DNA of 62,612 bases, counting the filler, from Candidatus Woesearchaeota archaeon CG1_02_57_44 (GTDB taxonomy: Archaea; Nanobdellota; Nanobdellia; Woesearchaeales; CG1-02-57-44): assembly GCA_001871415.1 (NCBI GenBank). It is 5 parts of 5 records of this genome, joined end to end, with 100 filler letters (N's around TTAATTAATTAA, not from the genome) between each part and the next. Parts side by side here need not be neighbours in the genome. Positions count along the whole stretch, not along the records: positions 34,583 to 51,663 come from MNWW01000045.1; 4 more parts are not named here. One strand, given 5' to 3'. Below the pieces are notes generated by a model, which did no database searches, was not told the origin of the DNA, and was given only the letters and a program-made list of their open reading frames with translations. The position numbers and the translations under genes are program-made. Shown here in pieces: positions 37,567 to 46,316 of the stretch (its first letter is position 1; every line of letters begins with the position of its first letter).

Positions 37567-38494
37567 GGTTCACCTCCTCTTTGCTGCGGGGCTTATCGTC
37601 TGGGTGTGTGTCATCCGTCAGATCTTCTTCACTATCGTCATCCGGGGGAGATTGCCTGGATGAGGCATCCTCAAGCGATTGTGGCGCCGCTTGTTCATCG
37701 CTTCTTCTGTCCGCAGGTGCGTCGCGCGTAGTATCGTCGACCACATCACCTGCGTCATCGGTCTCTGCTGCTTCCTGCGCAACAGTCGAGAGCGTCCCTG
37801 CCTCAGCGCGGAAGTGCTCGATGATATCGTTGATGCTGATGGTGCTGAACAATTGCTTGAGCTGCTCGTTGCTGTCTATCTGCTGTTTGATGGCGTCGGG
37901 GGTCTTGATGATGGCTTCCTTGAGCTGGGGATTGTTCTCTACTATCTTGATGACCTGCTCTTTGGTGAATGTCCTGACTTGCGCTGGCGCTTCGCGCGGT
38001 TTGTGCCACGACGCGGGGTTGCGCTTGAAGTAGCTCTCGGCCATGGCGAGGATGTTGCGCCCGATGGTCTGCAGGGATTCGGCATCCTGCGTCGTGGTGC
38101 CAGTGGCGTTTAGCATATCCAGCCCGTCAGCTTTGTTGCGCGGTATGACATGGATGAGAAAATGATTGCTCATCTGTCCGGCCGCGTAGCCGGACGCGAT
38201 GAACAGCTGCACCTTGTCGGCGATGGTGGCCTTCTGCACTGCCTCAGCGAATTCGCCCGCGATGCCAAAGAGCCGCTCGAAATCCTCGCGGTCCATGTAA
38301 GGGAGGATAGGATAGTGCTCCCTGGGCATGAGGATGCAATGGCCCTTGGACGCGGGGTTGATGTCAAGGAAGGCGATGATATGCTCGTCCTCATAGACGG
38401 TCTTGGCCTGTATCTCGCCTTTGGCTATCTTGCAGAACGGGCACTGCTTCTTTTGCTCCTCGATGCTTTTCTTTACCTGGTCAGGAAGTTCCAT
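37541..38494 (-). CDS. HIT-domain protein with acidic C-terminal extension
   Basis: CPFC, VYED, FLDINP..KGH, AGQ; triad reads HFLIHVIPR. Confidence 0.85.
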   Translation of the reverse strand: MELPDQVKKSIEEQKKQCPFCKIAKGEIQAKTVYEDEHIIAFLDINPASKGHCILMPREHYPILPYMDREDFERLFGIAGEFAEAVQKATIADKVQLFIASGYAAGQMSNHFLIHVIPRNKADGLDMLNATGTTTQDAESLQTIGRNILAMAESYFKRNPASWHKPREAPAQVRTFTKEQVIKIVENNPQLKEAIIKTPDAIKQQIDSNEQLKQLFSTISINDIIEHFRAEAGTLSTVAQEAAETDDAGDVVDDTTRDAPADRRSDEQAAPQSLEDASSRQSPPDDDSEEDLTDDTHPDDKPRSKEEVNLDDIADLF

Positions 38495-39494
38495 GGCGCT
38501 CCTTGAGCTGCGCTTCCAGCTCAGCGATTATCTTGAGTTCCTCCTCCGGATTCGGGGTGGGGTCGACAAAGTCGGTGATGACCTCAAGGCGGTCATAGAG
38601 CTTGTTGCGGTTCACCCTGCCGCGCGCTTTGATGATGGATCCGATGAGCTCCTGCTTGAGCGGGATGAAATCTTCCGGCGCTTCGCGGAACGCTTCCAGT
38701 CCTGCATCGTCCTTCTTGAGCAATTGCGCGGCTTGCTGCCTGAACAGGACGAGCCGGATGCTGCCTGTGCCATCATCGAACATGGCGTTCAGCACACAGC
38801 CGTAAGCAGGTGACACGACGCCATGCGTGTCGCAGGCGAATCCTTCTGTTCCTGGCCGCGCGCGTCTGTTGCACTGAGGGCATATCTCAAAGAAGCGTGG
38901 GTCAAACGCCTGCACGATGCTACCGACCAGTTCCACCTGGTCTCCCTCAGCAAGGTCCGCGACCCATTTGCGTTGCGGCCCTGTGACAGCGATGTCGATG
39001 CCTTCTGGATTGATGTCTATCTTGCTGCGCTCGTTGCAGTGCAGCTCTTTTGCGCCAAGGTTATTGGTCTTGGTGTAGGCGCCGGATACCTTGACGATGT
39101 CGCCTTCCTTGATGTTCGCGATGGTCTCGGCGAGGTCCCCCCACATGACGACCCGTATGCTGCCGCTCTCATCTGCGATGACAAAGGATGCGAGCTTTCC
39201 GCTTCTGCCCTCACGGGAGAATTCGCGCTTCTCGAACACACGCGTGACCCTGCCGGCCGTCTCCACATTGCGCAGTCCCTGTTGGATGTTGGCTATCTTA
39301 AGCTGCGTGCTGGCGAGCGCTGCTGGCGCGAGCCGTATACCGAGCTCATTGGCCACGATGTGGACTGCGCCTTCTTTGGAGATGAGGCCTGAAAGCTTCT
39401 CGATTTTCTCCTTGACTTTCTGGTCAAGCTCTTTCTGGTTGATCTTGCCGGACTCGAGCACCTTGGCGACGAGCTCATCATAGTTCTGTTGCAT
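38481..39494 (-). CDS. rpa: replication protein A (OB folds plus zinc finger)
   Basis: DESGSIRVVMW and DDGTGSIR OB motifs, CPQC...CDTHG zinc finger. Confidence 0.88.
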   Translation of the reverse strand: MQQNYDELVAKVLESGKINQKELDQKVKEKIEKLSGLISKEGAVHIVANELGIRLAPAALASTQLKIANIQQGLRNVETAGRVTRVFEKREFSREGRSGKLASFVIADESGSIRVVMWGDLAETIANIKEGDIVKVSGAYTKTNNLGAKELHCNERSKIDINPEGIDIAVTGPQRKWVADLAEGDQVELVGSIVQAFDPRFFEICPQCNRRARPGTEGFACDTHGVVSPAYGCVLNAMFDDGTGSIRLVLFRQQAAQLLKKDDAGLEAFREAPEDFIPLKQELIGSIIKARGRVNRNKLYDRLEVITDFVDPTPNPEEELKIIAELEAQLKERHGTS

Positions 39495-39624
39495 GGGATA
39501 CCGGGATTGCCCTGCGCATTTATAGTTTGCGGGTGGATAGGGAATGACGTCTGAATCAATGGTTGATGCTCTTAAGGGTTTCTGGCTCATCTGAGGTTAT
39601 CAGTGGACAGTCAGGGAGCGCAGC

Positions 39625-40098
39625 TTATAAGTGCGATACCAGATTTCGTACGGATGTCGTCTGTTCAGAAGTCAGTGTCTCGCAGACGCGTTTCATCTCC
39701 AATACAAAATCCAGCAGATCATCATGGTCTGCGGCGACATCCTTATTCTTCAGGTAGTACTGATTGTCGATGCGAAGTTCCTTGTCTTCTTCGAGTGTGG
39801 TGGATGTGCCTGCCCTGATGATGCCTTCTGATTCAAGCATAGAACACAATGCGATGGTGCATTCGTGGATCTCTGAGCGTATGCCCAGTTTCATCAGCAC
39901 AGCGGTGAACGCGAAATACTCGCAATAGTATTTGGTAGTGGCAAGCCACATGTTGGAGGTTTTGCCGATCTGCTCAAGCACTTGCAGCGTTTCCTGAGCG
40001 CTCTGCAGGTACTCCTGGCACAGCTGCTGGCTGGTCTCACCGACCCTTATTCCCCGACGCTGTTGTTTGCACCATCTGACGCTGGCCAATGCATCCAC
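39625..40098 (-). CDS. HEPN domain protein
   Basis: W.....YY..Y....A.L...G....H pattern, RIDNQYY motif; overlaps the MNT gene. Confidence 0.8.
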   Translation of the reverse strand: MDALASVRWCKQQRRGIRVGETSQQLCQEYLQSAQETLQVLEQIGKTSNMWLATTKYYCEYFAFTAVLMKLGIRSEIHECTIALCSMLESEGIIRAGTSTTLEEDKELRIDNQYYLKNKDVAADHDDLLDFVLEMKRVCETLTSEQTTSVRNLVSHL

Positions 40099-40676
40099 CG
40101 CACGAATCGTTCAGTGCCCTGGATGAGCAGGTGTGTTCTTATGAGTTCCGCGCGCAAACCCGGAGAGATTTTGCCGGTCCCGGAAACTGCGATGATATGC
40201 GCTCTCTTCTTGGTCCAGGCGAGCGCGTCCTGCAGTGCTGACTGTTTTGCGCTGCCGAGGATGAGCATATCAATATCGCCGGCTTTTTTGATATCCTCTG
40301 CTGCAGAACCAAAGATGAGGGAATCTTCTTGCACGTGCGCGTGGATGGCATCCACTACTGCTGCGAGCAAGGGGGACTCTCGCAGCTTCCTGATGAGCGC
40401 GAGTTTTTCGGCAATGGCAAGCGCGTCAAGCACGAGGGGACTTTGCAGGTTCACGTGAAATAGGCTCATCCTGCCTTTGTGGGTCTTCTGCAATAGTCCC
40501 TGCATTTCAAGCCTGGCGAGCCACAGTCTGACTGTTGGGTGCGGCTGGCCAAGCGCTCTGGAGATGTCAGCGAGATGCAGCCACTCGCCTGGGCACGGTA
40601 GGAACGGTATGAGTGCTGCGTAGGTGGTTGCGCCTGCTACTGGCGCCTTCGGCAATGTCGTTAATTTGTTGACCAT
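40047..40676 (-). CDS. wHTH-minimal nucleotidyltransferase (MNT)
   Basis: wHTH LADISRALGQPHPTVR, IFGS...GDIDML motif; start uncertain. Confidence 0.8.
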   Translation of the reverse strand: MVNKLTTLPKAPVAGATTYAALIPFLPCPGEWLHLADISRALGQPHPTVRLWLARLEMQGLLQKTHKGRMSLFHVNLQSPLVLDALAIAEKLALIRKLRESPLLAAVVDAIHAHVQEDSLIFGSAAEDIKKAGDIDMLILGSAKQSALQDALAWTKKRAHIIAVSGTGKISPGLRAELIRTHLLIQGTERFVRWMHWPASDGANNSVGE

Positions 40677-40767
40677 ATTGTTATTAAACTGTTTGTGGTT
40701 ATTATGCTTTTTGGTTCTCATTGCTATGGTCTGCAGGAATGGATATGGGTGTTCTACCGCATCTTTT

Positions 40768-40904
40768 TTATTGCAAAGCACGGGGTTGAATACCCCGTCC
40801 TTCAGGACGTGCTTTGCAATTCAAAAATCCGCCTGCAATGACGAGGCGCGGTAATACCGCGGCCTTCAGGCCGCGGTTAGCGCCGAGTGGCGGATTTTTG
40901 TTAT
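40768..40904 (+). mobile_element. structured 137-bp repeat, copy 2 (consensus)
   Basis: Identical to the reverse complement of copy 4; TTAT ends; two perfect 12-bp enclosing stems. Confidence 0.75.
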
Positions 40905-40928
40905 TCGTTCTTAATTATTCGTTCTTAA
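40901..40928. repeat. 14-bp tandem duplication at the element 3' end
   Basis: TTATTCGTTCTTAA x2. Confidence 0.9.
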
Positions 40929-41166
40929 ATGCAGACCGCTGTCCGCAAGCCTTCCGGTTTCTCCCACAATCCACTGGTCAGAGCCCCGCAGCACATATAA
41001 AGCAGCTGGCCGACCTAATGCTCACGCCGATTGAGGCTAGGGTGCCACGACCTCCCGTGCCCGCGGCGCATCATCCGGTCCACAAGGACATTGTTCGTCC
41101 CTGCGGTCCTGGCGGTGCGGTGCGTGCGCGGTTGAAAGAAGATGCGAACAGCAAGAGGTGGAGCAA

Positions 41167-41487
41167 ATGAAGGAAGCGAAGGAAGTAAAGCAAGACGAAA
41201 GCGAAGCCCAGGAGGGCTCTGAGGAACGCTCCGGCAATCCGCCGGAGAAGAAGTTCGGTGCGGGCGCGGTGAGCGCGAGCATCTGGCGCAATGAGGCAGT
41301 GCGCAAGGATGGCGAACCGGTCGCCTACTACAGCGTCTCGCTGCAGCGCCGCTATAAGGACAAGGAGGGCAACTGGAAGTCTGGTTCTCTGAGGACGGCA
41401 GACCTGCCCAAGGCCATGCTGGTGCTCCAGAAGGCCTACGAGTATCTTGTCCTCAAGGGTGACGAGCCGGATGAGGATGTTTTTTGA
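41167..41487 (+). CDS. small protein, putative PC4-like ssDNA-binding fold
   Basis: GAGGTG SD; GAVSASIW.N, SVSLQRRYKDKEGNWK followed by a helix; lies upstream of radA. Confidence 0.7.
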   Translation: MKEAKEVKQDESEAQEGSEERSGNPPEKKFGAGAVSASIWRNEAVRKDGEPVAYYSVSLQRRYKDKEGNWKSGSLRTADLPKAMLVLQKAYEYLVLKGDEPDEDVF

Positions 41488-41512
41488 CCGCAGGGCAACC
41501 TGCGGATTTTTT
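41488..41512 (+). terminator. hairpin plus T-tract terminator
   Basis: CCGCAGG-GCAA-CCTGCGG followed by ATTTTTT immediately after the stop codon. Confidence 0.65.
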
Positions 41513-41548
41513 GACGACGATTGAACAATAATTATAAAGGTGAACGCA

Positions 41549-42577
41549 ATGGCCCAGGTAGCAGAGCTGATAGAGATGGACGAAGAACAAGAAGAGCAGG
41601 AAGCGCAGGCAGAGACGCCAGCTGTGAAGTCGGCAGCAAAATCCAAGAAGGATATAACCGCCCTTCCCGGTGTCGGCGCCGCGACTGCTGAGAAACTCAA
41701 TATAGCTGGTTATACGACCATGATGAGTCTTGCCGTGGCGAGCCCGGGCGAGCTGGTCGAGGCGTCAGGCATCACGGATGCCGCTGCGCGAAAACTCATC
41801 AAGGCTGCCAGAGAGAACATGGACATGGGCTTTGTGTCTGGTGAGGATGTGCTCAAGCGCCGTGAGCTGGTCGAGCGCATATCGACGAGCGCGGGCTCAT
41901 TGAATACGCTGCTGGGAGGCGGTGTAGAGACCGGTGCTATCACGGAGTGCTTCGGCGAGTTCGGCTCAGGCAAGACGCAGATAGGTCATACGTTGTCTGT
42001 GATGGTCCAGAAGATGGATCCTGCGAGCATCGTGCTCTACATCGATACCGAGAATACCTTCAGGCCTGAGCGCATCGTGCAGATAGCCAAAGGCCAGGGG
42101 CTTGACCCTGAGCAGATATTGCGCAATGTGAAGGTCGCGCGCGCGTACAACTCTGATCATCAGATGCTGCTGGCCGAGCGCGCCGAGGAGATGATAGCGC
42201 AGCAGGGAATCAACGTCAAGCTCATCGTCGTGGACTCCTTGACCGCGCACTTCCGCGCTGAGTTCATCGGCAGGGGTACGCTTGCGGAGAGGCAGCAGAA
42301 GCTCAACAGGCACATGCACAATCTGCTGCGCACCGCCGACACGCACAACGTGGCCGTGTATGTGACCAACCAGGTCATGTCCAGGCCCGATGTTTTCTTC
42401 GGCGATCCGACTGCGGCCATCGGCGGGCATGTGGTTGCGCACGCGAGCACGTATCGCATCTACCTGCGCAAGGGCAAGAAGGGCAGCCGTGTGGCCAAGC
42501 TCATCGACAGCCCCAATCTGCCAGAGGCGGCCTGCGCGTTCTTTGTCGAGGAAGGCGGGCTGAAGGACGCGGCCTAG
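41549..42577 (+). CDS. radA: DNA repair and recombination protein RadA
   Basis: N-terminal HhH domain, [46 protein letters not shown]. Confidence 0.97.
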   Translation: MAQVAELIEMDEEQEEQEAQAETPAVKSAAKSKKDITALPGVGAATAEKLNIAGYTTMMSLAVASPGELVEASGITDAAARKLIKAARENMDMGFVSGEDVLKRRELVERISTSAGSLNTLLGGGVETGAITECFGEFGSGKTQIGHTLSVMVQKMDPASIVLYIDTENTFRPERIVQIAKGQGLDPEQILRNVKVARAYNSDHQMLLAERAEEMIAQQGINVKLIVVDSLTAHFRAEFIGRGTLAERQQKLNRHMHNLLRTADTHNVAVYVTNQVMSRPDVFFGDPTAAIGGHVVAHASTYRIYLRKGKKGSRVAKLIDSPNLPEAACAFFVEEGGLKDAA

Positions 42578-42616
42578 GCTGCGATATTTGTTTTTTCTAT
42601 TCTCTCTATCGCTTCT

Positions 42617-42751
42617 TGATTTCTTGCGAGGGGTCCATACCCCGCTCTTGAGGGCGCACCATCGCAAGGACCAGAACTCTGCGCGCAGTAGCGAGGCGCG
42701 TCATACTGCGGCCTTCAGGCCGCGGTCAGCGTTGAGCAGCGGATTTCTGAT
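42617..42751 (+). mobile_element. diverged member of the structured repeat family (TGAT ends)
   Basis: Shares CGAGGCGCG, GCGGCCTTCAGGCCGCGGT and GCGGATTT; same two-domain fold with compensatory changes. Confidence 0.7.
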
Positions 42752-42796
42752 TCAGTGACCATCGGCTTATTTTATCTGGACTTTTTCCCGCCCGTC

Positions 42797-43579
42797 ATGC
42801 GATTCGATGATGCCATGCCCGGGCTAAGTGATGACCGCTTCATTGACCCCTGCCTCCGGCGTGCCTGCAGGCAGGTGATGGCAGATGAGCGCTACACTCC
42901 CCGATACGATACAGTCGATGACATCCTGCTTATCGGGGTCGATCATCAACCGTTCGAGAACGGCCGTCCAGAGGCGTGCAAGGAGCTCGGGCTGCGTTTA
43001 CGCACCTTGGACGATTGCTCTTTCGAGACTGATGGCTATCCTTTTGAGCAGGGGCTATCCAATAACTTTGAGACCTCTGCATACAGGATGTTCAGGGGGA
43101 ACAAGCATTTTCTGGACGCGGACGCTGATTATCCGGCCATGATGGAGCAGGAAGGCGTTCCCGGCATCATGACGGGCCTCTTCGCGCTCCAGGAGTACAT
43201 GCAGCAGGTGGTAGTCCACAGCAGGGATGCCCGGGATGCAAAGGATGCGATGACGGCAATGCTCAGGGAACTGAGGCGCCCCGGCCAGCATATGCAGGCT
43301 TTGCTGCGCTACAAGGCGCCTGACGCTGCAAGGGATGTCTACTATGATCTCATCGTGGACATCCACTCAGGGGATGATGCGTCCGTGGGCGAATCGATGG
43401 GTCAGGTCATGCAGGCGACACACGCATTCACCCGGCACCTCGCTGTCGCGCGTGACCACTACCAGTACGCGCCACGTCTGACCGCTATCCGTGATGCATC
43501 AGCAGGGAGCACTGATGCCATCCTGAAGCGCATGCCAATTATTTTATACTCTCCCCTGTTTGCAGCCCTTCATGAATAA
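42797..43579 (+). CDS. hypothetical protein
   Basis: 260-aa ORF with genome-like codon usage; overlaps the next gene. Confidence 0.65.
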   Translation: MRFDDAMPGLSDDRFIDPCLRRACRQVMADERYTPRYDTVDDILLIGVDHQPFENGRPEACKELGLRLRTLDDCSFETDGYPFEQGLSNNFETSAYRMFRGNKHFLDADADYPAMMEQEGVPGIMTGLFALQEYMQQVVVHSRDARDAKDAMTAMLRELRRPGQHMQALLRYKAPDAARDVYYDLIVDIHSGDDASVGESMGQVMQATHAFTRHLAVARDHYQYAPRLTAIRDASAGSTDAILKRMPIILYSPLFAALHE

Positions 43580-45662
43580 GCATCAGACCGTGCTGCTGGG
43601 CAGCCTCGCGATAACCTTGGTGGTGTTCTTCGCGGGCATTGGTTTGAACTATGTATTTGATTTCTACCGGCTTGAGGAGGTCACCCGCGTTGTTGGCATG
43701 CAGCAGCTCGCGACCGACAGCTACCTGCTGCATGATCAGGCGAATATCGCATACGGCCTTGACCGCTGCACCCTGTTGGGCGATCGCGTCACCGAGCTGC
43801 GCAAGTCCACGCAGAAGGTGGGTATCGACCTGCAGAACTACGGTGTGCTCTCCTATTTCAAGAAACAGGATTTTGATTATCTGCGAAGGCAGTACTACCT
43901 GCTGGAGCTGCAGCTCTACGCGCTGGTGCAGGAGTATGATGCGCAATGCTCGAATGTCTACACGCCTATCCTGTTCTTTTTTGACGAGAGTCCCATATCC
44001 CAGCGCCAGGGATTTGTCCTGGAAGATGTGACCCGCGCGTTTGATGACGCGGTCGTGCTTTCCTTTGATCTGGAATACACAGGTGAGCGCATCCTGACCG
44101 AGTTGGCCGGGCAATTCAATATCACAGAAGCGCCTGCCATGGTCATAGGTGGTCAGTTGCATACAGGCATAACCTATCTTGGCGAGATAAACCGCTCAAT
44201 ACGGGATCATCGTTATCAGGTGGACCCCTACGCGTCTGTGGATTTCTCCATGGTGCCAGTGGCTTCTGGGCTGGGGCTTTTGACTGTCGAATCACTCTAC
44301 GCGCCGCTGCTCAATGAGAGTCTGCCTCCTGTCGCAGCAGGCGACATCCGTCTGGTCCTGGGCAGGCTGCGAGGCGACCCTGACATGATATGTTCAGCAT
44401 TGGCATACTATGACCAGGCAAGCATCAATGCCACGACAGAAGAGCAAGCTATCCTTCTGGAGGCGATTGCGAGTATCGGCTGCGGCAGAAGTCGTAGGGC
44501 ATTCCTGTTTGAGGCCGCAGACCGTTGGGATGCGCTGAATGTTTCCTGGCGTGCGGTAATTGACAAACGCATCGCCTATGGTCTGCCGCTGGGATTTGAT
44601 GTCGATCTACAGCCTATCGCGCCAGTGGTGGCGGTCCCAAAAGACCCGCATGAGCTGCTCATCGGGCAGACAGCGCTATTGCTCGTGGAGAATGATACGT
44701 TGCTCTCACAGGCCGACAGAGTCTCGCGCGACTGGCTCAGCGGGCAGCTGTATCAGGCGCCAGACAGCACAAACAGGACACTGACGACCTTCAGTGAGCG
44801 CTTGTCATGGACTCCCGAGGAACTGCATCCGGACATCGGCTGGCACGAGGGCGCGCGTATCAATGACCTGAAAGCTGAGCTGCCATTGCGGCATGTGATT
44901 GGTACAGGTACACTGGTGGTGAGGTCCAATGGCAAATGGTACGCTCCCAATGAGCAGGGTGTCTTCATGTTCGAGGTGCCGATAGATAAGGTATCATATC
45001 CGACAGCGTTCTTCCTGACACCGGATGTGGCGGTGCTTCCTGATACGCACGGCGTCAATATGCTGGTCGAGCAGGCGATACGCGACCACGCGGATGTCGT
45101 GGTCGGCTGCTGCGATCATCCGGGCAAGGTGCAGGCGGCGGCGTATCTTGGCGAGCGTAACATCAGCGTTATTTGCCTCACTGACTTGTATGTGCCTGAT
45201 GCCATTGGTCATAACCTGCCATTAGTGGGAAGCCCGCCGTTCGCGCGCACGCCTGAAGGCATAGAGGTAGGCGACCGTCCGTTGTCCATTGCGGTGTACG
45301 AGCCGCTGGTGGTGATGAACGCGTCTGATGAGCAGTACGCGCTCTGGTACTACAAGACCCCTGCACGTTACTTTCGTTCCATCGAGCAGTTCGTCGACCT
45401 GAACGCGACCTATGTCACCATACACACGTTCGCGGGCATGGACGAGGTCGTTGCGATGGCTGATGCGACAGGCGCGCAGGTCATTGCCGTGCGTGTCTTC
45501 AGCAGCAATGATTACGAGCAGGTCAAGGCGTTCTTGGACGAATCGCCATCGCATCAGGCAGTGCTCTTTCATTCAGCGTCGTATCCATTCGGGCAGAAGA
45601 TATTCAGGGAGTATCCAGGGCAGACGACATTTGACGACCCGAATATATTGGTAGTATCCTAG
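43572..45662 (+). CDS. membrane-anchored multidomain protein (thioredoxin-like region plus unknown domain)
   Basis: N-terminal TM, ILFFF...QGFVL...FNITEAPAMVI thioredoxin-like segment, C-terminal DTHG and GCCDHPGK motifs. Confidence 0.75.
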   Translation: MNKHQTVLLGSLAITLVVFFAGIGLNYVFDFYRLEEVTRVVGMQQLATDSYLLHDQANIAYGLDRCTLLGDRVTELRKSTQKVGIDLQNYGVLSYFKKQDFDYLRRQYYLLELQLYALVQEYDAQCSNVYTPILFFFDESPISQRQGFVLEDVTRAFDDAVVLSFDLEYTGERILTELAGQFNITEAPAMVIGGQLHTGITYLGEINRSIRDHRYQVDPYASVDFSMVPVASGLGLLTVESLYAPLLNESLPPVAAGDIRLVLGRLRGDPDMICSALAYYDQASINATTEEQAILLEAIASIGCGRSRRAFLFEAADRWDALNVSWRAVIDKRIAYGLPLGFDVDLQPIAPVVAVPKDPHELLIGQTALLLVENDTLLSQADRVSRDWLSGQLYQAPDSTNRTLTTFSERLSWTPEELHPDIGWHEGARINDLKAELPLRHVIGTGTLVVRSNGKWYAPNEQGVFMFEVPIDKVSYPTAFFLTPDVAVLPDTHGVNMLVEQAIRDHADVVVGCCDHPGKVQAAAYLGERNISVICLTDLYVPDAIGHNLPLVGSPPFARTPEGIEVGDRPLSIAVYEPLVVMNASDEQYALWYYKTPARYFRSIEQFVDLNATYVTIHTFAGMDEVVAMADATGAQVIAVRVFSSNDYEQVKAFLDESPSHQAVLFHSASYPFGQKIFREYPGQTTFDDPNILVVS

Positions 45663-45666
45663 GGAC

Positions 45667-46137
45667 CTACTTCACTTTCAGGATATCGCCGATAGTGAGC
45701 GCCACGGCTTTGCCTGTGGCAGCGACGCCTGGCAGCTCGACTTCTGTTATGAGCGTGATGTGCAGTGTCTGCTCAAGTTTCTCAGCGACGCGAAAGCTTG
45801 GCACGGTCTTGTCTTGCTCTACCTTTGCCAGCAGTGATTCTTTTTCCGCGAGTTTTTCCGCGAGCTGTTTTTGTGTCCAGTTGCGCTTCTCGCGGGCCTT
45901 GCGCACGCGCTCGGCATAGTCGCCGACAATGCGCTTTTCTGGCGCCGCTGGCGCGGGTGCGCGCGCGAAGGATCGCGCAGCTGCTGATTTGTTTCGCTTC
46001 ATCACTGGCGCTGGTCTTTGCAGCAGCCGGGTGTTTTTGGCATACCTGCTGCAGGATTCGCACAGGGACAATTCGCTCCCTTCTACTGTTCCCTTCAGTG
46101 TGGCTTCTTTATCACACATCTCACATCGCATGCGCAT
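45667..46137 (-). CDS. mbf1: archaeal multiprotein bridging factor aMBF1
   Basis: N-terminal CEMC/CESC zinc ribbon, Cro-type HTH, terminal TIGD motif. Confidence 0.9.
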   Translation of the reverse strand: MRMRCEMCDKEATLKGTVEGSELSLCESCSRYAKNTRLLQRPAPVMKRNKSAAARSFARAPAPAAPEKRIVGDYAERVRKAREKRNWTQKQLAEKLAEKESLLAKVEQDKTVPSFRVAEKLEQTLHITLITEVELPGVAATGKAVALTIGDILKVK

Positions 46138-46316
46138 CCCCCTCCTATCAGGATAGGTGCGCTGGTATTTCTATATTGGCATTGCTCCTGAGGTGAACTT
46201 GTTCTGCCGGCAGTAGTCAGGGCTTTGCTCTCTAGCTTTGCACGGACTAGTTCATAGGTGCGATCCTGTTTGCGGTCATCAGCACGCTTTTATAGATAGC
46301 AAGTCTCCTGCCGGGC

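Noticed and set aside
40768..40904. Classical MITE with a 4-bp target duplication
   Set aside because: No terminal inverted repeats; identical end tetranucleotides at independent sites that covary with an internal guide fit the HUH model better, though a site-specific duplication is not formally excluded
40814..41170. ORFs starting MQFKNPPAMTRRGNTAAFRPRLAPSGGFLL (also 62269-62463) and related ORFs at 5725 and 40624
   Set aside because: Similarity stops at the repeat boundary; these are translations of the non-coding element
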